Below, piece after piece: positions 14,665 to 28,756 of a stretch of 64,000 bases of DNA. The position numbers and the translations under genes were made by a program. The notes beneath the pieces were generated by a model. The model did no database searches. It had not been told where the DNA came from and saw nothing but the letters and a program-made list of their open reading frames with translations. Position 1 is the stretch's first letter. Each line of letters opens with the position of its first letter. The stretch comes from the human T2T-CHM13v2.0 reference genome, Homo sapiens: NCBI RefSeq assembly GCF_009914755.1, contig NC_060925.1; one strand, given 5' to 3'.

Positions 14665-14967
14665 TTTTTTTTTTTTTTTTTTTGAGGCAGAGTTTTGCTC
14701 TTGTTTTCCAGGCTGGAGTACAATGGCGCCATCTCAGCTCACCACAACCTCCACCTCCCGGGTTCAAGAAATTCTCCTGCCTCAGCCTCCTGAGTAGCTG
14801 GGATTACAGGCATGCGCGGTCACGCCCGGCTAATTTTTTGTATTTTTAGTAGAGATGGGGTTTCAGCATGTTGGTCAGGCTGGTCTCGAACTTCTGACCT
14901 CAGGTGATCTGCCCACTTCAGCCTCCCAAAGTGCTGGGATTAAAGGCATGAGCCACCGCGCCTGACC
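14665..14967 (-). mobile_element. Alu (AluS-like)
   Basis: Reverse Alu; TSD AGCAGGGTACTTTT. Confidence 0.95.
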
Positions 14968-15539
14968 AGTCATCTAGCAGGGTACTTTTACTGTCTAAAA
15001 TGGCACACACTCCTCCCACCTCTGGAAAGGCCTCTTAGAGATGTAACTGGAGATGTGAAAAAAGCTGTGAGTGCCAAAGATGCTCATCGGGGCATTGTTT
15101 ATAACAGAGAGAAATTGAAGCTTACCCAAGTGTTCAATGAGGTGATGTCCAAGCATAACCTGAAATGGTGATGCAAACTCAGGCAGCTCCACTCTATGGG
15201 ACATTCTGTGTCTATTCAAAAATGTGGCCTTCAAAAACTACTGTCTGACGATCATTTGATGGGAAAAAGCAGAAGCTTATGAGAGCCCCAGTCAAAAGAA
15301 TGATTTTTAGCATCAGAGGAATGCCCCAGAGTTCCACGGCCGGAAGCACCATCGAGACACACAAAACCACCAGCTCCTCAGCAGCGTGTGTCTCCTCAAC
15401 CACACTAAATCCCTCCTGCTTCTCTCTGGCTGCAATGTTCTCTCTCTCTGCAGGCCAGCCTGGCTGCCTTATCTCCAGAGCTTACCCACTACTCTAGCTC
15501 AACCTCACAGCTATTTGATTCCATCTTCTCTTCCTGCTG

Positions 15540-16135
15540 AAAGAAAATGAGAGAGGGATAAAGCAAGAAAAAGAGGGAGGCAGAAAGAAAGGGAGGGAAG
15601 GAGGAAAAGAGGGAAGGAAGGAGGAAGAGAAAGAGAGGGAGGGGAGGAGGAAGAGAGGGAGAGGAGAAGGAAAAGAAGGAGAGAAGGAGGAAGAGAGGGA
15701 GGGAAGGAGGAAGAGAGAGAGGGATGGATGAAGGGAAAAGGGAAGGAGGAAGAGAGAGAGAGAAGAAAGAAAACAGGGAGGGAAGGAGGAAGAGAGAGAG
15801 AGAAGAAAGAAACCAGGGAGGGAAGGAGGAAGAGAGGGAAGGAAGGACAAAGAGAGGGAAGGAGGAAGACAGGGAAGGAGGGAGGGAGAGAAGGAAGGAG
15901 GAAGGGAGACAGGGAAGGAGGAAGAGAGAGAAGTAAGGAGGAAGAGAAAGAGGGGAAGAGGAAAAGAAAGAGGAGAGGAGGAAGAGAAAGAGGGGAGGGG
16001 GAACAGAGGGAGGGGAGAAGGAAGAGAGGGAAGAAGGAAGGAGGGAGGGAAGAAGGAAGGGAGGGAAAAAGGAAGAGAGGGAGGGGAGGAGGAAGAGAGG
16101 GAAGGAAGGAGGAAGGGAGAAAGGAGAAAGAAAGA
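15540..16135 (+). repeat. GA-rich low-complexity polypurine tract
   Basis: About 600 bp of almost only G/A, with recurring GGAAGGAGGAAGAGAG units. Confidence 0.95.
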
Positions 16136-16310
16136 ATTTCTAGAAGGGACAACTGAATTGTCTTGGCTTTGGTCAAGTGACTCCCCTGGTCCTATCAGCT
16201 GTGCTGGACCAGGAGGGCTCCCCATAGCACAGCAGGCTCCCGGTAGTTTGGGGTGGGGTAAAGCAGGAGGAAATGACTGATGTCCCAAATCCTAGTACAT
16301 TATCGCAGGG

Positions 16311-16840
16311 TGTATTAGTTATCTATTGCTGCATAACAAATTAGCCCCATGCTCAGTGTTTAAAATTACAGCATTCATTATGTCACAGAGGAATTGAGAA
16401 GTTTTTCTGGGTGGCTGTGACTCAGAGTCTCTTGTGAGGCTGCAACCAACACGTCAGCCAGGGCTTCCATCTTTGGAAAGCTCAACTGGGCTGGGGACTC
16501 TGCCGTCAAGCTCCTCACAGGGCTGTGGGCAGCAGGCTTCGGTTTCTTGTTGGTTATTGGGGTGAGACCTAAGTTTCTTGCCCCACAGGCCTCTCTGTAA
16601 GGCTGCTCAGGACAGGACAGCTGGCCCTCCAGTGCAAATGACCTAAAAGAGAGAGAAAACTACCAAGACGGAAGCTGCAGCATCTCTCACAACCTGATCT
16701 CAGAAGTGACGCCCCATCAGTACTCCCGTATTTTATCCTTCACACAGACGCACCCTGGTACAGTGTTGGAAGGGATGACACGGGCACGAATCCCAGGAGA
16801 AGGGACCACTGGGAGCCATGTTAGAGGCTAGCTAACATAC
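16311..16840 (-). mobile_element. MaLR solo LTR (MLT1-like)
   Basis: TGTATTAGTTATCTATTGCTGCATAACAAATTA end motif. Confidence 0.8.
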
Positions 16841-16893
16841 ACGGAAAACACTCATTCTACAAAACTGGTTTCAAAAGTGGATATGCTCTACAC

Positions 16894-17201
16894 TTTTTTA
16901 TTTTTTTTTTATTTTTTTTGAGACAGAGTCTTACTCTGTCACCCAGGCTGGAGTACAGTGGCACTATCTTGGCTCACTGCAACCTCCACCTTCTGGGTTC
17001 AAGTGATTCTCCTGCCTCAGCCTCCTGAGTAACTGGGATTACAGGCATGCGCCACCATGCTCACCTAATTTTTGTATTTTTAATAGAGACTGGGTTTTGC
17101 CATATTGCCCTGGATGGTCTTGAACTCTTGGCCTCAAGTAATCCACCCACCTCGGCCTCCCAAAGTGCTGGGATTACAGGTGTGAGCCACTGCACCCAGC
17201 C
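16894..17201 (-). mobile_element. Alu
   Basis: Reverse Alu. Confidence 0.95.
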
Positions 17202-18399
17202 TACCTATTTTTAAATAAAAGAATCAAGTAGGGTAAACATAGTCCCAAAGAAAGTCTTCCTTTTAAAAGAAATTGCCTTTGATTACTTCTGCTGGGTCAT
17301 AGAGGACCTGCCAGATCTGAGATCTGGATGCATGCAGTATGAGGGCTGGGTGACACTCAGCATCCAGCCTCCATGTGCAACCGTCCTCCTGGTCACAGGA
17401 TGGCCACGGGGCAACAGGCACTTGCACCTCGCCATGGCTGGGGTTCAGACACATGTATGATGTGACTGACTGACTTGGGGCAGGTGCCCAATGGAAACCA
17501 GGCAAGACTGCCAGGAGCTGAGGAGGAAAGGCTCCGTAAGAGAAAGCGGAGAGCAGGTCGCAAGCGAGATTCAGTGGCAGGGGCCCCCGGTTGGAGGGGG
17601 TCTTGGTTCTGGACACATCTTGACACCTGGTACCAGGACCCGCTCCAGCCCGGCCACCTCAGCAGCAGCAACAATCCTGGGTGGGTAGGCTGAGTGTGGG
17701 CAGAGAGAGCTGCTTTGAAGACGGTCCACGCCGCCCTGCCAGGGGACCCATCCTCAAGGAGCGCCCTTCCCCTCTCTCCCTGGCAAGCAGTGAGCTCCCG
17801 AAGTGGCAGAGGACTGAGAGCATGGGGGCCCTGGGAGGCAGGACCCCGCTGGGGCAGGACCCCGATGGAGACGCTGGAGGCAGCAGCAGCGGTGGGAGGG
17901 GGTGGGGATTCACCCACACTCTTGAGAGGAGAGAAGAATGAACCCAGGAGCTGGAGTTCCCACAGGCGTAGGTGGGGGGCGGAGCCAGCAAGACTTGGAT
18001 ATTAATGCTTACTCTGGTAACGAGGCTTTTATCACCTGATGATTCCTAGAACCACAGAAGCCAAAATAGGCAGGCCTGGAGGAACCTCGTTAGAAATCTA
18101 ATCCAACCCCACAAGTCTCACCAGCTACTCAAGGGCTTGACCACTCCCAGCAATGGTGAGCTCACTACTCCGTAAGAAAATTCATTCCGTCATTGGACAG
18201 TCCTGACAGATAGAAAGCTGTTTCTGAAATCCCTATGGGTACCACTAATTGGCCCTAGTTCTGCCTTCTGGTGCCTCATAAAATAAACCAGCACCCACTC
18301 CTCCAATAGTTACCCTCTTCATTGTTCAGATCAGCTCCTCCCAGCACATCACAGACCATCAGAAACCATTTGTTCTTCCACACTGCAGTGTGAGCCACA

Positions 18400-19060
18400 C
18401 TGCATAGCACTACACACCCCCTAGAATGGTCAAAATGAAAAAGGCCGGCCATGCCAAGTGTTGGTGAGGATGTGGAGCAACAGCGACTTTCACACACACC
18501 AGTGGGAATGCACGGCCACCCTGGAAAGCAGTCTGCCCCACCCAGCCCTTCCACTGCTGAGTATTTACCCAAGAGAAACAAGAACATGCCCCCAAAGGCA
18601 CACGCACATTAATGTTTGTCGCCACTTGCTTATAATAGTCAAAAATTGAAAACAACCCAAATGTCCATCCACAGGTGAATGGAAAAACAAATTGTGATAT
18701 ATCCATGCAGCAGAGTACTACTCAGCAATAAAAAGGAACACCCAGCAACAGGGATACATCTCAAGAAACAGGGCTAAATCTCAGGAAAGAGTTCACTGAA
18801 TGAAGAGAGCTAGACAGAAGTCTAATACTCTGTGCTTTCAATTATAGAAACCCCTAGAAAAGGAAAAGCGATCTAGAGGGCAAGAAAACAGATCAATGCT
18901 GGCCTGGGAATGGGAGTAGGGGAAGGGATGGACCGCTAAAGGGAATGAGAAGAAGTGGGGAGATATGGAAATGGTAGTACACTGATTGTGGGACACTTTC
19001 GCAGGTGTCAAAACTCACCAGGTTTTGTGCTTTAAGTAGGGCAAGTTGTACACATAGAAT
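18400..19060 (+). mobile_element. Old L1 3' fragment (L1ME-like)
   Basis: CCAAGTGTTGGTGAGGATGTGGAGCAAC, AAACAACCCAAATGTCCATC. Confidence 0.8.
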
Positions 19061-19942
19061 ACATACGATATATTTTAGCATGTTTCTTAGAAGCTCTAAC
19101 ATGCCGTTCCTTAATTGAATGCTCTAACAACCTGGTCCAGCCGAAGGCCTGGCTTATGAGCTGTTTGTAATTAGCACATGGAGGGGCCTGAACGGCAGGA
19201 ACTAACGGAGCACCCTCTCTTTAGCAGGTTTGGCCTTGTTAATGTTTGACTCTGGAAACTTTCTTCCAATGCTTTCCAGCAAGTTAATGGCAGAGCCAGG
19301 ACGTAAACCCAGGTTTCCTGGTTCCCAGGCCAGTTATCCAGTCCCACAATGTGAGAAGAAATAGAAACCAGCGCTTGTGGAGTGCTTCATGGTTCTCCAA
19401 GCTGCTTGACATCTGTAATCTGATTTCCTGGATTAATCCCATTTAACACACTCGAGTGTGTCATGGATGAGACGGGGCCGGGAGCACATGCAACGTGTTT
19501 ATTTATGGCAGGCATCTACTCTGATGGCTTGAGGCCCAGGCCAGGCCAATTGTTAAGTATCTTGAATAACCCTCCTGGGTTAAGCATTCTGGGTTTTGGA
19601 GTCAGATAGATCTGGGCTGGAATCCAGGCACTACTATTTACTAGTAGAAGACCTTGAGCAAACCATTTAACCCCTTTGCACCTCAGTTTTCTCTTCCATT
19701 AAATGGGGATGGCAGCAATAAACTCCTTATATCGCTGCTGGGATGATTCAGTGTGGTCACAGCATCAGGCATGTGATAAACCCTCCAAGTCTGGCAGCCA
19801 TCATGAGCCCCATTACTACTATTAATCCTCACACTACTCTTTTGAAGTGAGTCCTATTACATTCCCATTTTACAGAGAAAGAAACCCAGGCTCAGAGAGG
19901 CAAAACGACCTGCCCAATATTACACCATAAATAAGTGGCAGA

Positions 19943-20062
19943 GCCAGGACTCGACCTCAAGTCTCCTGTATGGCTGCAAAGCCAGCTCTCTCTTCGTGGC
20001 CCGCCAGGACTCGACCTCAAGTCTCCTGCATGGCGGCAAAGCCAGCTCTCTCTTCGTGGCCC
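19943..20062 (+). repeat. 60-bp tandem duplication (2 copies, 2 mismatches)
   Basis: GCCAGGACTCGACCTCAAGTCTCCTG..CTCTCTCTTCGTGGCCC at 19943 and 20003. Confidence 0.95.
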
Positions 20063-20243
20063 CACACTGCCTTCTGCTTGGGCTATGAAAGTGCTCAAGG
20101 GGCCTAAGATGTGAAGGCATAATCAAAGTGCCCTCACATCCCACCCAGTTACAGCTAGAGCTGAAGGAAGCCAAGGCCTGGGCAGGCTGATGCGGCCGAG
20201 ACCAGGTCAGTCTCCTCTCTGGATCCTAGGCTCTGCCACTTTA

Positions 20244-21985
<1,742 letters not shown>

Positions 21986-22689
21986 AAATATGCAACCTCG
22001 ACAGCAACTTGGCTGACACAGGGACCGGCCCCTCCCCGCCAGGATTTCCAAAAGGAGAAGACATTTCCTCCAGCCTGTGGCTGGGCTGCTGGAGGAGGCC
22101 ATGGCCTTGATGCCGCTTCAGCAGGTTTCTCATCAGGCCAGCAGGTGTCCCATGCAGCCTGCAGCACCTGGGGATCTGGGGAGAGGAGAACCCAGAGTCC
22201 TGGGAGGATCAGGAGGTCCCCTGCCTTGGTCATCCCCCCTTCTGGGCCAAGACTATGCTAGATCAACCTTGGGGTCAGCCAGTGAGTGCATGAGTCCCCA
22301 GGAGGCCAGGACTGGGGAGCCCTGGAGGCAGGAGGTCAAGTTCATTGTGGCAGTATGGGAAAGTGGTTACATGGGTGAGCTTTGGAGCAGGAGAGCCCTG
22401 CTCAGCAAGGCTGCCCCAGCAATGCCATTTATTAGCTGTGTGACCCTGGACGCATTACTTAACCTCTCTGGGCCTCAGTTTGCCCACCTATCAAATAGAG
22501 ATGATAACATTACCTGGTAGGAAAATATTACATGGTGGGTAAGGAGGTGGGGAGAGAGTTAAATGGCATCAGACTCATGCCCCTGGGCATAGTAAGTACT
22601 TAACAGTGTGAGTCATTTTTATCAAAGGCCCAAGGACAGGAAGAGGCCTCTAGATATTGAGTATCTTGTGGATTGCAAAGTGACAGCCA

Positions 22690-22985
22690 CGAGCTCAAAT
22701 GCAACCCACAAATGGGCTTTGTTTGGCCTACACAGTGTCTTTCTTTCTTTCTTTCTTTTTAAATTGTTGCCAACATTTAAAAATCAGATTTCACATTTAA
22801 AAATCCAAATTTTCTGCTTCTCTTGAAAAGTTCAAAGATTTGGCAATACTGGGCCTGCATTCCCGCCTGGCCATCATCAGCCAGAGCTGAGTGGCCACTG
22901 CCCAGCTCAGTCCAGCCCTCCCGGTTCCACCCGCCTCCTCCCAGTTCCTGCCTGGCCCCAGGCGCTGGAGTTTGCAAACCCCTCA
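22690..22985. mobile_element. hAT-Charlie DNA transposon fragment (MER102-like)
   Basis: TTTGTTTGGCCTACACAG..TTTGGCAATACTGGGCCTGCATTCCC..GAGTTTGCAAACCCCT. Confidence 0.6.
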
Positions 22986-23609
22986 CAACCCACCAGCACC
23001 TGGTCCCATGCCTTCATGATGCACATGGACAAATGGGGCTCTAGAGGAGATCCTAGGGGCACAGCCTCCCCCGGGGTCACAGCAAGTCAGTGCAGAGATG
23101 GCAATCAGACTTGGGTCACCTGATTTCCAGTCCTTCCTGAGCACTGGTTAAATGCCAAGGAGGAAACTGGCCGGGCCCTCAAAAGTGCCTGCGTCTACAG
23201 CACTTGCTGGGGAGTCAGGGTCATTGCTGGGCATGGGACTTCCTTCTCTGAGTCTCAGTGTCTTCATCTGTAATACAGGATAATCATAATCCTCCCTCAT
23301 AAGGCAGTTGTGAGGATGAAATAAGTTAAAAGAAGTAGAGATCTCAGAGCAGTGCCCGGCACACAGTCATTGCTTGATAATACCAACATCATTCTTGTTC
23401 TCAGTAACTCCTGGCGCACACATTGTGTGCTCATGACCTTTTTGGTTCCTAACAACCAGCTGTGATGTCACTCTCCTTAGCCCCATCTAACAGATGAAGA
23501 AACCAAAGCCCAGTAAGACCCACATAGCCAATGAGGGATGGAGCCAGGATTGGGGATTTCAAGCCAGGGTCATCTGGCTCCAAATTATCATGCACTAGAA
23601 GCCTCTGCA

Positions 23610-24206
23610 CAGTCCACACATAAATCACATAAATATTGAGGGCCTACTATGTGCTGGACACTATTACAGGCACCAGAGACATGGCTGGGAACACAAGAGA
23701 CAAGGTCCCCAGCCTGAAGAGGCTCACAGCCTGAAAGATGGGGGTGGGGCAACAAACAGTCAACAAATCACTCAGGCTCTGGTGGTGTCAGGTGCTAGGA
23801 TGTATTGGAAAGTGCCTCAATCTTCCCCCAGATGTCCAGGCACACATGTGAGCACATAGGTGAACATACTTGCACTCTCCAGCAGCACCTACTCCAACAA
23901 CAGTGCCCCAGACAACAGGGGTCAGGCATGGTGGCTCATGCCTGTAATCCCAGCATTTTGGGAGGCCCAGGTGGGAGGATCCCTTGAACCCAGGAGTTCA
24001 AAGTTACAGTGAGCTATGATTGTACCACTGTACTCAGCCTGGGCAACAGAACAAGACCCTATCTCAAAAAAGAAAAAGGGAGGAAGAAGGAAGGAAGGAA
24101 GGGAGGGAGGGAAGGAAGGAGGGAAGAAAGAAAGAGAGAGGGAGGGAGGGAAAGACGAAAAAAAGAAAGAAAGGAAAGAAAGAAAGAGAGAAAGGAAAGG
24201 AAAGGA

Positions 24207-24250
<44 letters not shown>

Positions 24251-24800
24251 AAAGAAATGAAAAGAAAAGAGAGAGAAAAAGAAAGAAGGAGGGAGAGGGA
24301 GAGAGGGAGGGAAAGAAAGAGAAAAAAAGAGAGAGAGAAAGAAAGAAAGAAAGAAAGAAAGAAAAGAAATGAAAAGAAAAGAGAAAGAGAGAAAGAAAGG
24401 GAGGGAGAGGGAGAGAGGGAGGGAAAGAAAGAGAAAGAAAGAAAGAGAAAGAAAGAAAGAAATAAAAGGGAAAGAGGGAAGGAGGAAGGAAGAAAGAAAG
24501 AAAGAGAAGGAAGGAAGGCAGGCTGGCTGTCGAGAGGCACAGTAGGTGCCTTGCTATAGTAGTCAGAGAGACTGCCCCAGGGAGGTGACATTAGACAGGG
24601 ACCTGAGAGCTGAGAAGGAACAGGCAATGCAACAACTGAACCCAGCAGCAGGAAGAGCCGCGGTGCAGGCTCCCTACTGGAATGAACTTGGTGTTCTCCA
24701 GGCATGGAAGGAGGGCCAGTGCAGCTGGAGCAGAGTGAGGAGGAAGGCCTAGGAGCAATAAAGTCAGACAGGGAGATGGGTCCCGACTACCAAGCACCAG
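23610..24800 (-). mobile_element. L2 fragment interrupted by a ~100-bp local copy, an Alu monomer (23920-24077) and a GA tract (24078-24520)
   Basis: AAATATTGAGGGCCTACTATGTGCTGGACAC; L2 resumes GGAGGTGACATT near 24580. Confidence 0.7.
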
Positions 24801-25723
24801 AGCAGCCAGCTAAGAAATACTAATACCTTCCGCCCTTCACCCAGGGCCCACGGTGTGCCAGACGCGGCACTGGGCACTCTTCCTGCAGTGCCTCATTCGC
24901 CCTCTCCACGCATCTATGCTTCATTGGCCCCATTTGTCAGGTGAGGGCACAGAGGCCTAGAGAGAGGCAGGCACTTGCCTGAGGCCACCCTACTGGGAAA
25001 GATGGGTGCAGGCCTGGAACTCCCATCTGCACTCTAAGCCAGGCTAAGCCAGGCCCTCCTTGCCCACCATCAACCAGGAACAGACCGCAGTCTTACTGGC
25101 CTTGATGTGATCCATACTGGAAACAAAGGGTCACTTCCTAGCCAAGGCAGGCCTCCTCCTGGTCTTATGGCCCCATCCCTAGTAAACCCAGTCTCCCAGC
25201 TGATGGACATGGCATACCCAGCACACACACAGTGCCTATGTACACACACACACATGCACACACACATACACAGCCACCCTGCCAGGAGGATGATATAGAA
25301 AACAGTGCTCTCCACAGAGGATGAGCTTCCAGGCATCAGGTCACTGTGGTCTTCCCAAGCTCCTCATCTCATCGAGGGCACAACCCATCATCTAGGCCAG
25401 AAGCTTGAGCACTGTCCTCAACTTGCTTCTCTCTTACCCTCCCCATTTCTCATCGCCTATGAAGCCTGCCCATTCTGAGCCCATCCGGGCTTTGGCACCC
25501 ATGGCTATCTTCTGTTGGGGCTCTAAAGGTAAGGGTCTTTCCTGCTTTCATGTCCTCTCACCTGCCACCACCTTTGCTGGAGAACCAAGGGCCAGGCGAT
25601 AGTGGCAGCCGCTGGGGACTTAGGAGTGGAGAAAGGAAGAGCTTTAAAGGAAGATCAGAGCAGTAGGGGGGTGATGTCACCAGCCCAGGACACCTACTGA
25701 TTGATGCCAACATCACCCTTCAA

Positions 25724-25735
25724 GACACACACACA

Positions 25736-25776
<41 letters not shown>
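25724..25776 (+). repeat. (CA)n microsatellite
   Basis: Direct reading. Confidence 0.97.
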
Positions 25777-25779
<3 letters not shown>

Positions 25780-26754
25780 TCTTGAGCTCCTGTTTCATGG
25801 CTATCAGGTTGCAATGCCGCTGCTCCAAGACAAAACAGGAAATCCCACGACTAAGCCAGCCAGATGGGGCAAGGGGCTGAGAATCTGAAACCCCCTCTGC
25901 TCTCTGCAGTCACCCTCCACCCCCCATCCCACCTCCTGCAGGCTGGAGCTCCGTGGCCAGAACCCTCCCTGGGCACCTCCCTACCCCAGGCACTGCCAGC
26001 CCAGCCTCTATTGGATTCAGGGGCCCGAATTCCTGCCCTGTGCAAGCTCCCTGCCCCACACAGGGCCTCATGTCTCCATCGGGAAGTCAGGGGTGGGTGA
26101 TTTCTGAGGGTCTTTCCAGTTGAGATACTCCAGCTTTTATGGACATTTGCCTCCCAAAGACACGGGGGCTGGGAGTCCCCAAAGTAGAAGTTGCAGTCCG
26201 CGGAAAGGCCAGCAGAGGGCACCCGCGCTTCGTTTGCAGGAGGTCCGCGTCGAGCGACAGGCGACAGGGTTGGGAAGAACGCTGGAAACGCTGGGGCTTT
26301 GCTTGTACCCCTGACCCATTCCGATTTTCATAAAGCTCCGCATAGTTCCACGGGCAGGCCTCTGTGCCTTCGCACATGCAGCTCCCCTGCCAGCCTGCAA
26401 AACTCAACCAGGGATCTCAGCCCTAGGGAGGCCTCTCCTGACCCCTCTCCTCTGCTGCCTCTGGATCCACAGTGCCCGCTGCAGATCTGACTCCAGCAGG
26501 GACCAACCGCGGGTGGATGGAAGGATGGACGAAGAAAGCCAGCTACAAGCAGCTACGTGGTCGTTCTCTAGAAACAAATAATTTGACGTGGAAAACTGCT
26601 GGGGAGGAAAATCATTTTTAAAATGTAAAACACTCACTGAGGTCTAAGGGCTGGCACCATGATCTTACTTAATCCTAACCAAACGCCTTGTTGGGGTGGG
26701 TGGTATTACCCCCATTTTACAGAGAGGGAAACTGAAGCTTAAAGACAGCAAGTG

Positions 26755-27737
<983 letters not shown>

Positions 27738-28522
27738 CTAACTCCAGTCTGTTTCACTCTTCATTCTGCTATGACCTAAGACCCAGCTCTGAGCTCAGCC
27801 CTGTCCTGATCCCTAGCAGAGTCCTCTGGGCGATCCTAAGGCACAGACAAGTGCAGACAGGTCCCAAACAGTCTGGCAGCCCTGGGTCCGAGGTTTTCCC
27901 TCAAAATTCTATCAACTCAACCTAACCCGAATTCTAGCCTAATGCTGACTCTACTAATAAACACTACTATTTACAAAGTGCCATGTGCCAAGTACTAACA
28001 CTTTGGATGCAACATTTTGTGATCCTCAATAAAACCTGATATGAGGCATAGTATCCCCATTTTACAGATAAGGTGAGTAAGATTCTGAGAGGTGAACGCA
28101 TTGCCCAAGGTCACACAGCTAACAGATAGCAGAGGCAGGACTCAAACCCAGCACTGTCCATTTCCAAAGCTCAAGTTCTTACCCACAACTTACACTCACT
28201 TTCTCCCTCCTCCAGCAGACACTTCACACGGCCTCTCCTCACCAGGCCTTAGCTGAATTCTTACTTGAAAACGTCCCGACCATGCCCTTCTCAGGCCCCC
28301 TGACAACAGAGTCAAGGCCATGACCCCAATCTCTGCAGGGGGAGCTTTGGTGAAATAAAAAGGAGCCTCTCTCTCCTCTCCAGAAGCAGAGGGCCCCCCA
28401 GACCTTTGTCCCAACCTGGGCTGTGAATCACACACCCCCTGCCTCTGCAACCAATTTACTCTGGGCTTGGGGGAGTCCTTTAAGAGCTCCAAGCTTCCAT
28501 TTCCTCATCTGTGAACTGAAAT

Positions 28523-28756
28523 ACAGGTTGTGTATCCCTTATCTGAAATGCTTGGGACCAGAAGTGTTTGGGGTTTTGAACTTTTTTGGATTTGGGGATA
28601 TTTGTGTTGTACCAATTGAGCACCCCTAATCTGAAAATCAGAAATGCAAAATGCTCCAATGAGTATTTCCTTTCAACATCATGTCGGTGCTCAAAAAGTT
28701 TCCAATTCTGGAGTATTTTAGATTTCAGATTTTCCCGTTAGCGACACTCAATCTAT
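28523..28756. mobile_element. Tigger4/MER46-type DNA transposon (MITE)
   Basis: TA-CAGGTTG..ATCCCTTATCTGAAATGCTTGGGACCAGAAG; CATCATGTCGGTGCTCAAAAAGTTT. Confidence 0.8.

Noticed and set aside
15494-16288. 264-aa and 221-aa S/L/P/F-rich ORFs (likewise 24020-24705)
   Set aside because: Translations of the GA/CT low-complexity tracts.
17393-17917. 174-aa minus-strand ORF in GC-rich unique sequence
   Set aside because: No recognisable domain, non-ATG start, and several overlapping frames are equally open, as expected for GC-rich DNA.
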